A stretch of DNA of 64,000 bases from an uncultured delta proteobacterium (lineage in GTDB: Bacteria; Desulfobacterota; Zymogenia; Zymogenales; Zymogenaceae). The notes beneath the pieces are model-generated. The model made no database searches and had not been told where the DNA came from. It was given only the letters and a program-made list of their open reading frames with translations. Below are positions 11,301 through 19,761 of the stretch, piece by piece (position 1 is the stretch's first letter; every line of letters begins with the position of its first letter). The position numbers and the translations under genes were made by a program. The DNA lies in contig CAVTLK010000001.1 of NCBI GenBank assembly GCA_963735595.1, positions 160,001 through 224,000 of the forward strand. The letters run 5' to 3'.

Positions 11301-11874
11301 TGATGGGGTTTGTCACGTTCGGAGTGAAGAGATCAAGGATGCCCCCCCGGGTCGAGAAATAGCCCGGGTTTACCACAAGCCCCGTTTGGGCATAGCCCGA
11401 TTGGAGCAGGAATGTGATAACAGACTCCGGGGTCTGTTCTCTTGGCGTCTCAAGGCTGAGCCGGGTCGGAACAAGGGTTGCCCTGGGTATAACGCGCGCC
11501 ATGAGGGCCGTAATCGGCACGACCAGGACGAATGGTCCGGAGTTCTCGGCTAATGAAAGAAGGGCCCTTATCCGGCTGATGGAGACATCCGTTTGAGGAA
11601 TGAGCCGTTCGTAGGGCGCGAAACCCCACGCGGGTAAGGGGAGTACCGTATGGCCTGCGGGCGAGTCCTGAATATAAAACTCGATATCCTGCGCGGCCTG
11701 CTCGAGTTTATTTTCGGTGGTTACCAGAACGATCGATGCCGACGACCTGACGGCCGAGGCGGCCATAAGATACGACGCCGATGAGCCGGAAAGCCCCGTG
11801 ATCTTCAGACCGTTTCCGGATGAGACGATGGAGCGGATAATCTCGTTGAGGCTTATTCTTCTATCTTCTTCCAT
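8377..11874 (-). CDS. mfd: Transcription-repair coupling factor
   Basis: 1165 aa; UvrB-like N-terminus, CarD-like RID, GDVGYGKT, DEEHRFG, QIRGRVGR, DLEIRGAGNLLG, TRCF C-terminus. Confidence 0.97.
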   Translation of the reverse strand: MEEDRRISLNEIIRSIVSSGNGLKITGLSGSSASYLMAASAVRSSASIVLVTTENKLEQAAQDIEFYIQDSPAGHTVLPLPAWGFAPYERLIPQTDVSISRIRALLSLAENSGPFVLVVPITALMARVIPRATLVPTRLSLETPREQTPESVITFLLQSGYAQTGLVVNPGYFSTRGGILDLFTPNVTNPIRVEFFGDTILSMRTFDPLTQRSIEQIQKAEIIPVSEVILTEATLKYGLRWIRRRGAQLRTPVNRIREAIGDLEGYRTPPGIGWSAVSLYGELETIFDYLPAGVPMYIDEPESVWEEADHFMASAMDLYRRAVERKEPVAPVESAFLDVSETRSLLSANRAIGINPLQTAPSDTILTALTSSHKELRATISRDRRGETILTPLVKKITEVREQGGAVALVCLTPSQADRMKVLLSSHGVDLEPTDLSFWPWLSEGHRAGILIGTLREGFEDPAGGLSVITEEEIFGTKAKVKRFKRQDAGEAINAVGMLAPGDFVAHSRFGIGKFIGLVNLKVMGVSGDFVHLEYDGNDRLYVPVDKISLIHRYRGSDGQAPALDKLGSAAWERSKKKVKAHILAMAHELAALYASRKALPGYAFPKPGPDFSEFEALFAFEETPDQLSAVRDIIADMTRPTPMDRLIAGDVGYGKTEVAMRASYLAVMDHKQVALIVPTTILAEQHFNTFRERFADFPVQVRMLSRFLSKKEQKEVIDELARGTVDIVIGTHRLISKDISLPNLGLLIVDEEHRFGVSHKEKIKRLKTQVDVLTMTATPIPRTLSMSIMGIRDISIINTPPPNRLSVKTYISEFDPEVIKEAITREISRGGQVFFVHNRIRSMAAMQKYLERLVPEVRIGTAHGQMEEHELERVMLGFVDKRIDVLLSTAIIESGLDIPSANTIVVNRADTFGLAQLYQIRGRVGRSSVRAYAYFLIPSSLALTPDARKRLSVINEFSHLGSGIRVAEYDLEIRGAGNLLGADQSGHINAVGYELYKEMVEQALVQIKGGDTPVEIETEIQIPVAGYIPSGYIDDSDIRLGLYRRLIGIRNTTHLMEIAAEITDRFGPPPEEIRSLISLVELRLAARDCWVTGIKYRKATITMTFFDKARFDTEGIVALVKERPDAFALSPDGTFRFRPEHTSGERLLDDLKNVLQRLSPYVTL

Positions 11875-11912
11875 AGGAGTGGTCTACGAAGGGAAGGGGC
11901 TTTCTATCGTGG

Positions 11913-12950
11913 TTAAGGGAAGACGGGTAGTGACATAATGCCGGAGGTCTCCTCCATGTTCAACAGGAGGTTCATGTTTTGAACTGCCTGACCGGCCGCC
12001 CCCTTGACGAGATTGTCTATGGCGGTAATGACGATTATTCTTCCCGTGTCTGGTTTCATGTAAATCCCGATATCGACGAAATTGGAGCCCCGCACCCACG
12101 CGGTGTCGGGAAATACGCCGTCAGGCAATAAACGAATAAACGGCTCGGTGCGGTAATAGTCGGAAAACATCGCGCGGATTTCGTGGGCGTCGGTAGTGCG
12201 GGAGGCCGTCGTATAGATGCTGGAGAGAATTCCCCGATTCATCGGGATCAGGTGAGGGGTAAACGTGATGTCTACCCGTGTTTGGGCAATGTCCGATAAT
12301 TTCTCCTGGATCTCCGGGGCGTGGCGATGATTACCTACCTTGTAGGCATGCAGTCCCTCGCTGATCTCGGTGTAGAGGGTGGAAAGCGAGAGGCCCCGGC
12401 CGGCCCCCGAGACTCCCGACTTAGCGTCGATGATAACGGCGGCCGGGTCAATGACCGATTCCTTGAGAAGAGGATAGAGACCGAGGATCGCCCCGGTGGG
12501 ATAACATCCTGGATTGCCCACGATAGTGCTTGTGCGGATTGCCTCTCGGTATACCTCGGGCAGGCCATAGGCCGATTCCGACAGTAGCTGCGGGTGCGTG
12601 TGCGGGGAGTAGTGCGCTGCATAGAGGCCGGGATCGGCAAAACGAAAATCCGCCGATAGATCGACAATGGGAATACCGAAGGCCGCGAGTTCCCCTACGG
12701 CCGCCATTGACGCCTGGTGGGGTAGGGCCGTGAACACGGCGTCTACCCTTTTCCCGATAGCCTGATAGTCGGGATGCTCAAAGACAAGATCGGCGTATCC
12801 CCTGAGGTGGGGAAAAACCTCGGCCAGGTGTTTACCCTGATGCTCTCGTGAGGTAATAACGGAAACGGTTATGCCGGGATGGACGGCAAGGATCCGGAGT
12901 AACTCGCCGCCCGTATAACCGCTGGCCCCTATGATCGCTATCTTTTTCAT
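11913..12950 (-). CDS. argC: N-acetyl-gamma-glutamyl-phosphate reductase
   Basis: Motifs GASGYTG, DLSADFR, NPGCYPT, SGVSGAG, IDNLVKGAAGQAVQNMN. Confidence 0.97.
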   Translation of the reverse strand: MKKIAIIGASGYTGGELLRILAVHPGITVSVITSREHQGKHLAEVFPHLRGYADLVFEHPDYQAIGKRVDAVFTALPHQASMAAVGELAAFGIPIVDLSADFRFADPGLYAAHYSPHTHPQLLSESAYGLPEVYREAIRTSTIVGNPGCYPTGAILGLYPLLKESVIDPAAVIIDAKSGVSGAGRGLSLSTLYTEISEGLHAYKVGNHRHAPEIQEKLSDIAQTRVDITFTPHLIPMNRGILSSIYTTASRTTDAHEIRAMFSDYYRTEPFIRLLPDGVFPDTAWVRGSNFVDIGIYMKPDTGRIIVITAIDNLVKGAAGQAVQNMNLLLNMEETSGIMSLPVFP

Positions 12951-13081
12951 AGAATGTGCGCTGACGGGACCGGTTGGCGTTTATCCGGTCATCGGTATCG
13001 TGATTCAGACGAGATCACCGGAGTTGTCGGGGATCCGTGGAATTGAGCATGGACATGTAAGGATTTTGGTTTCAGACGTAT

Positions 13082-13124
13082 AGAAATAAACAGGCCGTCT
13101 TTCCCGCGCCGGTGAAAGACGGCC
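13082..13124 (-). terminator. Probable intrinsic terminator after rplM-rpsI
   Basis: 11-bp stem GGCCGTCTTTC/GAAAGACGGCC followed on the minus strand by TGTTTATTTCT. Confidence 0.6.
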
Positions 13125-13194
13125 GTTAATCAGTCCGTAACTGTGAGCCGCCATTATAGCCGGATAAACCCGGCCGCGGGCCATTAATTGCCGA

Positions 13195-13593
13195 TTACCG
13201 CTTGGAGAACTGGAATCGAGCCCGGGCCCCGCGCTGTCCGTACTTCTTGCGCTCCTTAATACGCGAGTCCCTCGTAATAAATCCCGCCCGTTTGAGGACC
13301 TGACGGCATTCCGGATCGTATATGAGGAGCGCCTTGCTGATGCCGTGCTTAACGGCTCCGGCCTGTCCGGTGATACCGCCCCCGGCGACATTGACGAAGA
13401 TGTCGAACTTATCAAGCGTCTTGGTCAACTCGAGGGGTTGAAGAATGACCATCTTAGCGGTCTCTCGCGAGAAATAGTCACCGGCGTCTTTATCATTTAC
13501 GGTGATCTTGCCGGCGCCCGGTCTCATAAAGACGCGGGCAACGGATGTTTTTCTCTTTCCTGTCGCGTAATAAGTTGTTTGTTCGTCTGCCAT
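13195..13593 (-). CDS. rpsI: 30S ribosomal protein S9
   Basis: [23 protein letters not shown], and C-terminal [19 protein letters not shown]. Confidence 0.99.
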   Translation of the reverse strand: MADEQTTYYATGKRKTSVARVFMRPGAGKITVNDKDAGDYFSRETAKMVILQPLELTKTLDKFDIFVNVAGGGITGQAGAVKHGISKALLIYDPECRQVLKRAGFITRDSRIKERKKYGQRGARARFQFSKR

Positions 13594-13614
13594 ATATAGG
13601 ATTCCCTCTGTTGT

Positions 13615-14046
13615 TTATTGGACGTTGAGGACTTTGGGGTTTTGAGCGATATGAGGATGCTCGGGCCCGGCATATATCTTGAGTTTCTTGATGAGCTGAC
13701 GGCCGAGACTGTTTTTTGGGAGCATACCGCGCACCGCGCTGATGAGAACCCGCTCGGGTTTTTCATTGAGAAGCTTGCCCGCGGTGGTTTCCTTAAGGCC
13801 TCCCGGATAGCCGGTATGGGAGTAATACTTCTTGTCTTTGAGCTTATTGCCGGTGAGCTTTACTTTTTCGGCGTTAACGACGATAACGAAATCTCCCGTA
13901 TCCATGTGGGGGGTGAAGATCGGTTTGTGCTTACCCCTGAGAACCATGGATATTTCCGATGCAAGCCTGCCCAGCACCTTGCCGTTGGCGTCCACGATGT
14001 ACCATTTGCGATCGATATCTGATAGCTTTGCGCTGAATGTCTTCAT
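13615..14046 (-). CDS. rplM: 50S ribosomal protein L13
   Basis: [42 protein letters not shown]. Confidence 0.99.
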   Translation of the reverse strand: MKTFSAKLSDIDRKWYIVDANGKVLGRLASEISMVLRGKHKPIFTPHMDTGDFVIVVNAEKVKLTGNKLKDKKYYSHTGYPGGLKETTAGKLLNEKPERVLISAVRGMLPKNSLGRQLIKKLKIYAGPEHPHIAQNPKVLNVQ

Positions 14047-14082
14047 TGCCGTTCCCAATTGTGCGTTTTGTCAAATTTGTTA

Positions 14083-14111
14083 TTTATAAAATATTTTCAG
14101 GAGTTTGTCAA
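14083..14111 (-). promoter_or_regulatory. Sigma70-type promoter for rplM-rpsI
   Basis: Minus strand TTGACA (14111-14106), 17 bp spacer, TATAAA (14088-14083). Confidence 0.65.
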
Positions 14112-14145
14112 GCTTTTTATCGGCTCGCAAACTAAAAACTTATTA

Positions 14146-14194
14146 TCCCGCGATCGGCCGATTATATATGCAGGATTAAAGGCCGATCGCGGGA
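14146..14194. terminator. Inverted repeat, possible terminator of the nucleotidyltransferase gene
   Basis: 14-bp stem TCCCGCGATCGGCC/GGCCGATCGCGGGA with a 21-nt loop; T-rich sequence a few bases downstream on the minus strand. Confidence 0.45.
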
Positions 14195-14282
14195 ATTGGC
14201 CTCGTACACGTCCTCTCATCGGTAATTGATCTCGAAGGTTCTACCGGCGGGGGAGGGTATCAACGAGAAGGCTTGGTTTCGT

Positions 14283-15302
14283 CTAATTACGGTCTTGTCG
14301 TTCGGAAAGATCCTTTTGATGAGCCATCCACTCGGCAAAGTTAGCTTTGATTGTCTCGAATTCATAGTCGCTGTCGATATCCAGCGCGGCGCCGCCGTAG
14401 GTAGTCTCGACGCTCCTCATGCGCGTTCCGAGTACCAATCCAACGGTTGGTTCCACCTGTTTACGCAGGCTTACCAGGTGGCGGAGTCTGTCGGACAGGG
14501 GAGTGAGTCCAATACCGGACAACAGCATGCATAACTGAAGTACCGCGAAATAGTAGAGCGATTTCCAGCTCCCCTTTTCGGTCCTGAGCATCTCAAAGGC
14601 AAGCTTCACGATGTCTTTCCATTCGCGCTGATGACGAAACTCGTACATCTTCTCAATGTAGCCTTTGTTAGCAAGGGCAAAGAGTCTGCCGAGATGCAGG
14701 TTGTTCTGGCGAAAGAGCCCCTCACTGAAATGAAAATAGGCGTGCTTGATCCCCCGTTTCTTCTTTCTCCCTTTTTTCCGTCTCTGGGGATAATAGTAGC
14801 TGAGGGAGTCTTTCGAGGTGGTGCCGGGAAGATAATCATAATGGACGAGATCGGCCTTCCCTATCATCTCGTCAATTTCGTAAGGGGTCAACAGCGGTAT
14901 ATCGCCCGAGAGGGCCAGCGCTACCTTGTCCCAGTGGGGGGTGCCGCGGTACGAATCCGGGTTCGTAGAGGGTTTATAGCCCGGTATCGTAGAAAGGAAA
15001 CCGTACCATATATTCTCGATGAGGTTATCCCATTGTTCCAGGACAATGATCCTTTCGGATGGAATCGCGACGCCGCCGGCCGCCAGGGCCGCCTCGATCC
15101 TGTCTTTTGGGCCGACGACATAGATATCATTGACATGGCGCGAAGCGGCCAACGCCTCAACAACGTAACAGATGACGGCGCGGTTGTTTATAACAAGTAG
15201 GGATTTATTTTTCCCCTTGACCTTTCTGCTGGCTTTTCTGTCTCCTGCCAGAACTACCGCATCAAAACGGCCGTGAGCACCCTGCGTGTCTTTACGTTTC
15301 AT
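14283..15302 (-). CDS. Nucleotidyltransferase-fold protein (MobA/NTP_transf_3-like), substrate unknown
   Basis: N-terminal AVVLAG..ASRKV...NKSLL, SGDIPLL, and C-terminal ALDID. Confidence 0.72.
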   Translation of the reverse strand: MKRKDTQGAHGRFDAVVLAGDRKASRKVKGKNKSLLVINNRAVICYVVEALAASRHVNDIYVVGPKDRIEAALAAGGVAIPSERIIVLEQWDNLIENIWYGFLSTIPGYKPSTNPDSYRGTPHWDKVALALSGDIPLLTPYEIDEMIGKADLVHYDYLPGTTSKDSLSYYYPQRRKKGRKKKRGIKHAYFHFSEGLFRQNNLHLGRLFALANKGYIEKMYEFRHQREWKDIVKLAFEMLRTEKGSWKSLYYFAVLQLCMLLSGIGLTPLSDRLRHLVSLRKQVEPTVGLVLGTRMRSVETTYGGAALDIDSDYEFETIKANFAEWMAHQKDLSERQDRN

Positions 15303-15313
15303 AATTGGTCAAA

Positions 15314-15342
15314 ACTATAACAATGTCGCTATACTAAGTCAA
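15314..15342 (-). promoter_or_regulatory. Sigma70-type promoter for the nucleotidyltransferase gene
   Basis: Minus strand TTGACT (15342-15337), 17 bp spacer, TATAGT (15319-15314). Confidence 0.6.
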
Positions 15343-15487
15343 GGAGTATATGAGCTTTTTGTTGACATCCGTCGGTTTTGTGATAGGTTAGCTGGGTACC
15401 GGACGCATCCCGAACGGGAGGCTGGACGGGCCAAAGGCAGATACCGGACGACGGCGGTTTAATAATTGTTTTCCCTTGGGTGCAGCA

Positions 15488-16552
15488 ATGGTCCAAACGA
15501 AAATTGGGTTGATCGGCGCAGGGCTCCTGGGCCTGACGCACGGGGTATCGTTGGCGATCCTCAAAAACGCCGGGCTCTGCGATCTTGAGCTTGCCTCGGT
15601 GTTTGACCCGAACATGGCGGCGGCCGATTCATTGGTGAAAAATATCGGGTTCAAGGTGGCGGTAGCATCGGCCGATGAGATCATTGATGATGACGACATC
15701 GATACCGTCTTTATAGCGTCGCCAACACGCTCTCACCGGGAGTACGTAATCGCCGCGGCCGGGCGGGGTAAGAACATCTTTTGCGAGAAGCCGCTTGCCG
15801 TCGACGTCGGTGGTGCACGGGCGATGGGTGACGCCGTGCTCAAGGCGGGTGTGACGGCGGGGGTCGGGCTCGTGCTCCACTATTCTCCGACCTATCGGTT
15901 TATCAGGAATATGATCGCAGAAAAAGACGCGGGGCTTCCGATCATGGTGACGCTCCGCGATGACCAGTGTTTTCCCATTCGCGGCCTCCATCATTCATCG
16001 TGGCGGGCCGATCGCTCGATATCGGGTGGCGGTGCTCTCATCGAGCACAGCATCCACGACCTGGACCTCCTTTCGTGGTTTTTCGGAAAGCCGCGGATCA
16101 CTGATGCCGCCGTCGAATACCGCACGAATCATGATGGAATCGAAGACTACGCGCGGGCTACCATGAAGTTCGATAACGGGATGGAGGGCTTCCTGACCTC
16201 GGTCTGGCACGATATGGTAACCCGCGTGTCCAACCGGCGGCTCGAGATTATGTACGAGCGCCTCTTCATTGCCGCCGATCACGATATCATCGGCCCCGTC
16301 GAGTATACCGAGGGGGACGCCGGACAGCTTGTGGTTGAGCGAGAGCGTGTACTGTCGTCCTTTTTTGAGGATCTCGGCCTTTCCGACCCGTTCTTTCGAA
16401 CCCTCGATTATCAGACCTTTGGGCCGTACACCGTAGAAGATTATTTCTTTATTAAGGCCGTTCAGGAACGGACGGATTATTCCCCCGGGTTCGCGGCCGC
16501 TGTGACGGCCCATGATCTGGTAGACGAGATTTATCGGCGGGCGGGCAGGTAG
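15488..16552 (+). CDS. Gfo/Idh/MocA family oxidoreductase
   Basis: IGLIGAG, IASPTRSH, FCEKPLA, GGGALIEHSIHDLD. Confidence 0.92.
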   Translation: MVQTKIGLIGAGLLGLTHGVSLAILKNAGLCDLELASVFDPNMAAADSLVKNIGFKVAVASADEIIDDDDIDTVFIASPTRSHREYVIAAAGRGKNIFCEKPLAVDVGGARAMGDAVLKAGVTAGVGLVLHYSPTYRFIRNMIAEKDAGLPIMVTLRDDQCFPIRGLHHSSWRADRSISGGGALIEHSIHDLDLLSWFFGKPRITDAAVEYRTNHDGIEDYARATMKFDNGMEGFLTSVWHDMVTRVSNRRLEIMYERLFIAADHDIIGPVEYTEGDAGQLVVERERVLSSFFEDLGLSDPFFRTLDYQTFGPYTVEDYFFIKAVQERTDYSPGFAAAVTAHDLVDEIYRRAGR

Positions 16553-16606
16553 ACAAGGACAGTGACCGGGCCGCCTGCCGGTACCGCCTTTACGAAGACA
16601 GGGGAC

Positions 16607-17503
16607 ATGAGCAACCATCAGATAGAAAGACCTGATATCCTCTTCAAAAGGGACGAGTTCCCCCTGCTTGTCGAGCGGCGGCTTTCCGAATACCCCCACG
16701 GCTTTGCCGAGCGAGTACGGGAGGTCCGGAATCAGGAGGCGATGGGAGTACGTATATCGACCTCGGGCGTTATCCTGCTGCTCCGGTTCTCGGAGTCTAA
16801 CGGCTACGAGATGATCCTGACGAAGCGATCCGCCCACGTGGTACAGCCGGGGGACTTGAGCTTTCCCGGGGGACACACGCACCGCCTCGATGCGTATCGG
16901 GGTTTCCTGATCGCCGCGGGCCTCTCTCCCGGTGTGAGGGGACTGGGCCTTACGAGGGGAAGAGGGTCGGGCGATAGGGACGGGTTCCGCATCGCCGCCG
17001 ACTACCTTGCGACGGCCTTAAGGGAGACGCGGGAGGAAACGGGTATCCCGCGCCGCATCATCCGGTATCTCGGTTCGCTGCCGTCCTACGGGATGGTATC
17101 GTTCAGGCGGGTTATCTATCCCGCGGTGGGGTTAGTAGTGGGACCGTTTACCGAGTGCCTGAGCTGGGAGGTGGAGCGTCTGGTCACTATCGGTCTGCCG
17201 GAGCTGTATGATCCGTCCCGCTTCGCCTGGATCAGGTTTGACGTACCGGACGACATTAAGAGCGCCTCCGGGAGATCGGACTGGAATTTCCCCTGTTTCG
17301 TGAGCGGACAGGGCGCAGAGCGTGAGATACTCTGGGGGGCGACCTTCAATATCATACTTACCTTTCTCTGGATCGTCCTGGGCTTCCCCGTTCCCACTAT
17401 CCCGAAAGGCCGGCAGGTGACTAAAGAGATACCCGGTAATTACTTCACCGGGAGTTTTCGAAAGACCCTGAAGGAGGGATTGATTCGGGAGCAAAACAAG
17501 TGA
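16607..17503 (+). CDS. Nudix hydrolase, CoA-pyrophosphatase (NudL)-like
   Basis: LTKRS.HV.QPGDLSFPGG...TALRETREETG and ILWGAT; the Nudix box carries an insertion. Confidence 0.8.
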   Translation: MSNHQIERPDILFKRDEFPLLVERRLSEYPHGFAERVREVRNQEAMGVRISTSGVILLLRFSESNGYEMILTKRSAHVVQPGDLSFPGGHTHRLDAYRGFLIAAGLSPGVRGLGLTRGRGSGDRDGFRIAADYLATALRETREETGIPRRIIRYLGSLPSYGMVSFRRVIYPAVGLVVGPFTECLSWEVERLVTIGLPELYDPSRFAWIRFDVPDDIKSASGRSDWNFPCFVSGQGAEREILWGATFNIILTFLWIVLGFPVPTIPKGRQVTKEIPGNYFTGSFRKTLKEGLIREQNK

Positions 17504-17619
17504 CGCGTCAACCCCGATGGGTTGAGCCGATACGCACATGACGGACACCCCGGCGAGTTTAGGACATCAGGTTGCCGGCGAAAAAGACACGATGCTTCGC
17601 TGATAGATTGACAGTGAAT

Positions 17620-17639
17620 TATGTGATACCAGTCACATA
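17620..17639. promoter_or_regulatory. CRP/FNR-family operator-like palindrome
   Basis: TATGTGA-TACCAG-TCACATA contains a perfect TGTGA-N6-TCACA. Confidence 0.55.
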
Positions 17640-17761
17640 TCGGGTAATCTTTACTAATATATAGTAAATTTTATTGAAATCCTGTACCGAGGTACGGCAA
17701 CTTCCTTACTGTGAACTGTGTCCTACGGGGTTTCGACCGCCACTTAGAAGCAGGGGTCACG

Positions 17762-18250
17762 ATGAGCGGATACGTAGTGCGTGCAGTCTCTCTTTTTCTT
17801 CTATCGATAGGCTTAATGATCCTGCTTGCCGCATGTAAGGGCGAGACAAAGGATACCGAGGAATTCCTGGAGTTTAGCAGCGGCGGACAGTATCACCCGT
17901 CGGGATACGGGGAGTGGCGGGTACGGCTCTGCGGGGACGGCTCGGTAATCGCTACCCATACCATCGGCGACCGGACGGAATCCACGGACGTCTTTATCCC
18001 CACGAATACCGAGACAAGAACGCTCTTCAGCCTCTTCTGCGCCATAGACATCAAGCATATGAAATCGTCCGACCGCCCGGGGGTCCCGGACGAGGTTTCA
18101 TATACGTTTACCCTCAAGGACGGATCGGGCGGCTATTCGAAATCTGTATGGATTAACGACGCCCGGGAGAACCCCGCCGTAACGGATCTCGTTGGCTACC
18201 TTGAACTGCTCGTGGAGAAATATACCGGAAAGAAACCGGTTATGAGATGA
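17762..18250 (+). CDS. Hypothetical lipoprotein
   Basis: Signal peptide ending in lipobox LAAC; AGGGG upstream of the ATG. Confidence 0.7.
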   Translation: MSGYVVRAVSLFLLSIGLMILLAACKGETKDTEEFLEFSSGGQYHPSGYGEWRVRLCGDGSVIATHTIGDRTESTDVFIPTNTETRTLFSLFCAIDIKHMKSSDRPGVPDEVSYTFTLKDGSGGYSKSVWINDARENPAVTDLVGYLELLVEKYTGKKPVMR

Positions 18251-18418
18251 GAAAAGCGGGTATTTAAAGCCTCAGGGGTAACCTGCCGATACGCATATCG
18301 TGCGACCCACTCGACGCTTGGCTTAATTCAATGGCGGCGTATTAGTTACATTCTTGGATGATCCGATCTAAACTTAAGCGCTACGGGAATGCGAGCTTTC
18401 GGCGGCAACAGTAGAGGT

Positions 18419-18961
18419 TCAGATTAGGATCGTGCTGACGTCCTCCCACCCGAAGGCCAAATCACTGACCTCGTTACCGCCAATCATTGCCTTGCGGCGA
18501 CCGACGATTTTTCCTCCCAGCCGCGGGTAGAACGTATTTGACGCGTAGCCTTCAAGCGTCCACAACATCATGGACGCGATGCCCCGTGAGAAGAGTCCGC
18601 GGGCGGCGGCCCGGACAAGCCCGCGTCCCATCCCGGACTTCCGGGCATCGGTAACGACGTACAGGTTATAGAGCTCGGCCGAAAACGCCGCGCTCAGCAC
18701 GTAACCTTCGTCCCGATACGGCCCGCAGGCCGAAAGGCCCATAATCCGGCCTGCGCCGTCCTCGCCGACGAAGGCCATTGAATGAGAGCTTCCGATAATC
18801 TCCTCGTAGCCCCGCCGCACCTCGTCTTCCGAGAGGGCGGCAAGGTAGTCGTCCGGGGCAAACCCGCGGTAGTCGCTGCGCCAGGTTGCGACGTGGATGT
18901 GGGCCATGGCCGGCGCGTCGGCAGGCCGGGCCTGCCTGATATGCGGGCCGTCGCTATTCAC
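18419..18961 (-). CDS. GNAT family N-acetyltransferase
   Basis: IRQARPADAPAMAHIHVATW, LYV...ARKSGMGRGL (motif A), FYPRLGG. GTG start inferred next to the upstream stop codon. Confidence 0.85.
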   Translation of the reverse strand: MNSDGPHIRQARPADAPAMAHIHVATWRSDYRGFAPDDYLAALSEDEVRRGYEEIIGSSHSMAFVGEDGAGRIMGLSACGPYRDEGYVLSAAFSAELYNLYVVTDARKSGMGRGLVRAAARGLFSRGIASMMLWTLEGYASNTFYPRLGGKIVGRRKAMIGGNEVSDLAFGWEDVSTILI

Positions 18962-18962
18962 G

Positions 18963-19761
18963 TCAGTCCTCGATGATTGTCGAAATACGTTGAATGGAGC
19001 GCGCCCAGCCGGTGCCGGGATCGATATCGCAGATAAGGGCGTCGACGCGCGCACGCCCTTCGGCGGTGCGGGCAAAGCTCTTGACGGACGTGGTAAACCG
19101 CTTGATCTCCCCGTCCTTTTCGAAACCGACGACGGAGTCATAGGCCCCGATCATTCCTATATCGGTTATAGACGCGCTGCCGGTTTTGCTGATTTGTTCG
19201 TCGGCGGTTTGCACCAGGGTCCCGGTTCCGACCAGAAGGCTAATCATGCCGTCCAGGTGATACCGCATTGCCACCTTTTCCGCGCTGGGGATCGCGCAGA
19301 AATCGATAACGGTAACGCGGGCCCTGGACGACACGTCCCTGAGCAGGTCATGGATGATCGGGAAGGGATTATCGGGGAGTATCCTTCCGATAAAGGTGTA
19401 TCCCGAGAGATTAATCAGGCCGACGGGAACCTTATCAGTACCGACATCGGTGATCAGGACGCCCCGTCCGGGGTTCATTCGGGGCAGGTTGATGGGGCGA
19501 AGGATATCATGACGTTTTTCTATGGCCGATTCGAGGTCGCTCTGCGCCCATACGTTCTGGCCCAGCGTGATTGCATCTACGCCCGCGTCCACTAGTTCGG
19601 CCGCGATATCTCCGGTAAGTCCCGAGCCCTCGGCCGCGTGGTCGGCGTTGGCTATCGTCAGGTCAGGCTTCCCGTTTTGGGCTATGAAATCTGAAAGGAA
19701 GCGGACGGCTGCCGATCTGCCCGGTCTTTCCTACGATGACGCCGAGAAAGAGGATCTTCAT
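18963..19761 (-). pseudogene. YmdB/TIGR00282-family metallophosphoesterase homolog; one frameshift near 19720 (probable sequence error); catalytic residues degenerate
   Basis: MKILFLG.IVGK.G, GVDAITLG, LRPINLP...PGRG, VQTADEQI, ITDIGMIG.YDSVVG. Removing one G joins the two frames. Confidence 0.78.

Noticed and set aside
15390..15487. Possibly structured leader with a TACCGGACG direct repeat and small hairpins
   Set aside because: Stems are short, I recognise no riboswitch consensus, and there is no terminator; needs an Rfam/covariation search to revive.
18962..19141. 60-aa N-terminal extension of the GNAT ORF
   Set aside because: Overlaps the YmdB 3' end in another frame; the real start is probably GTG 18961.
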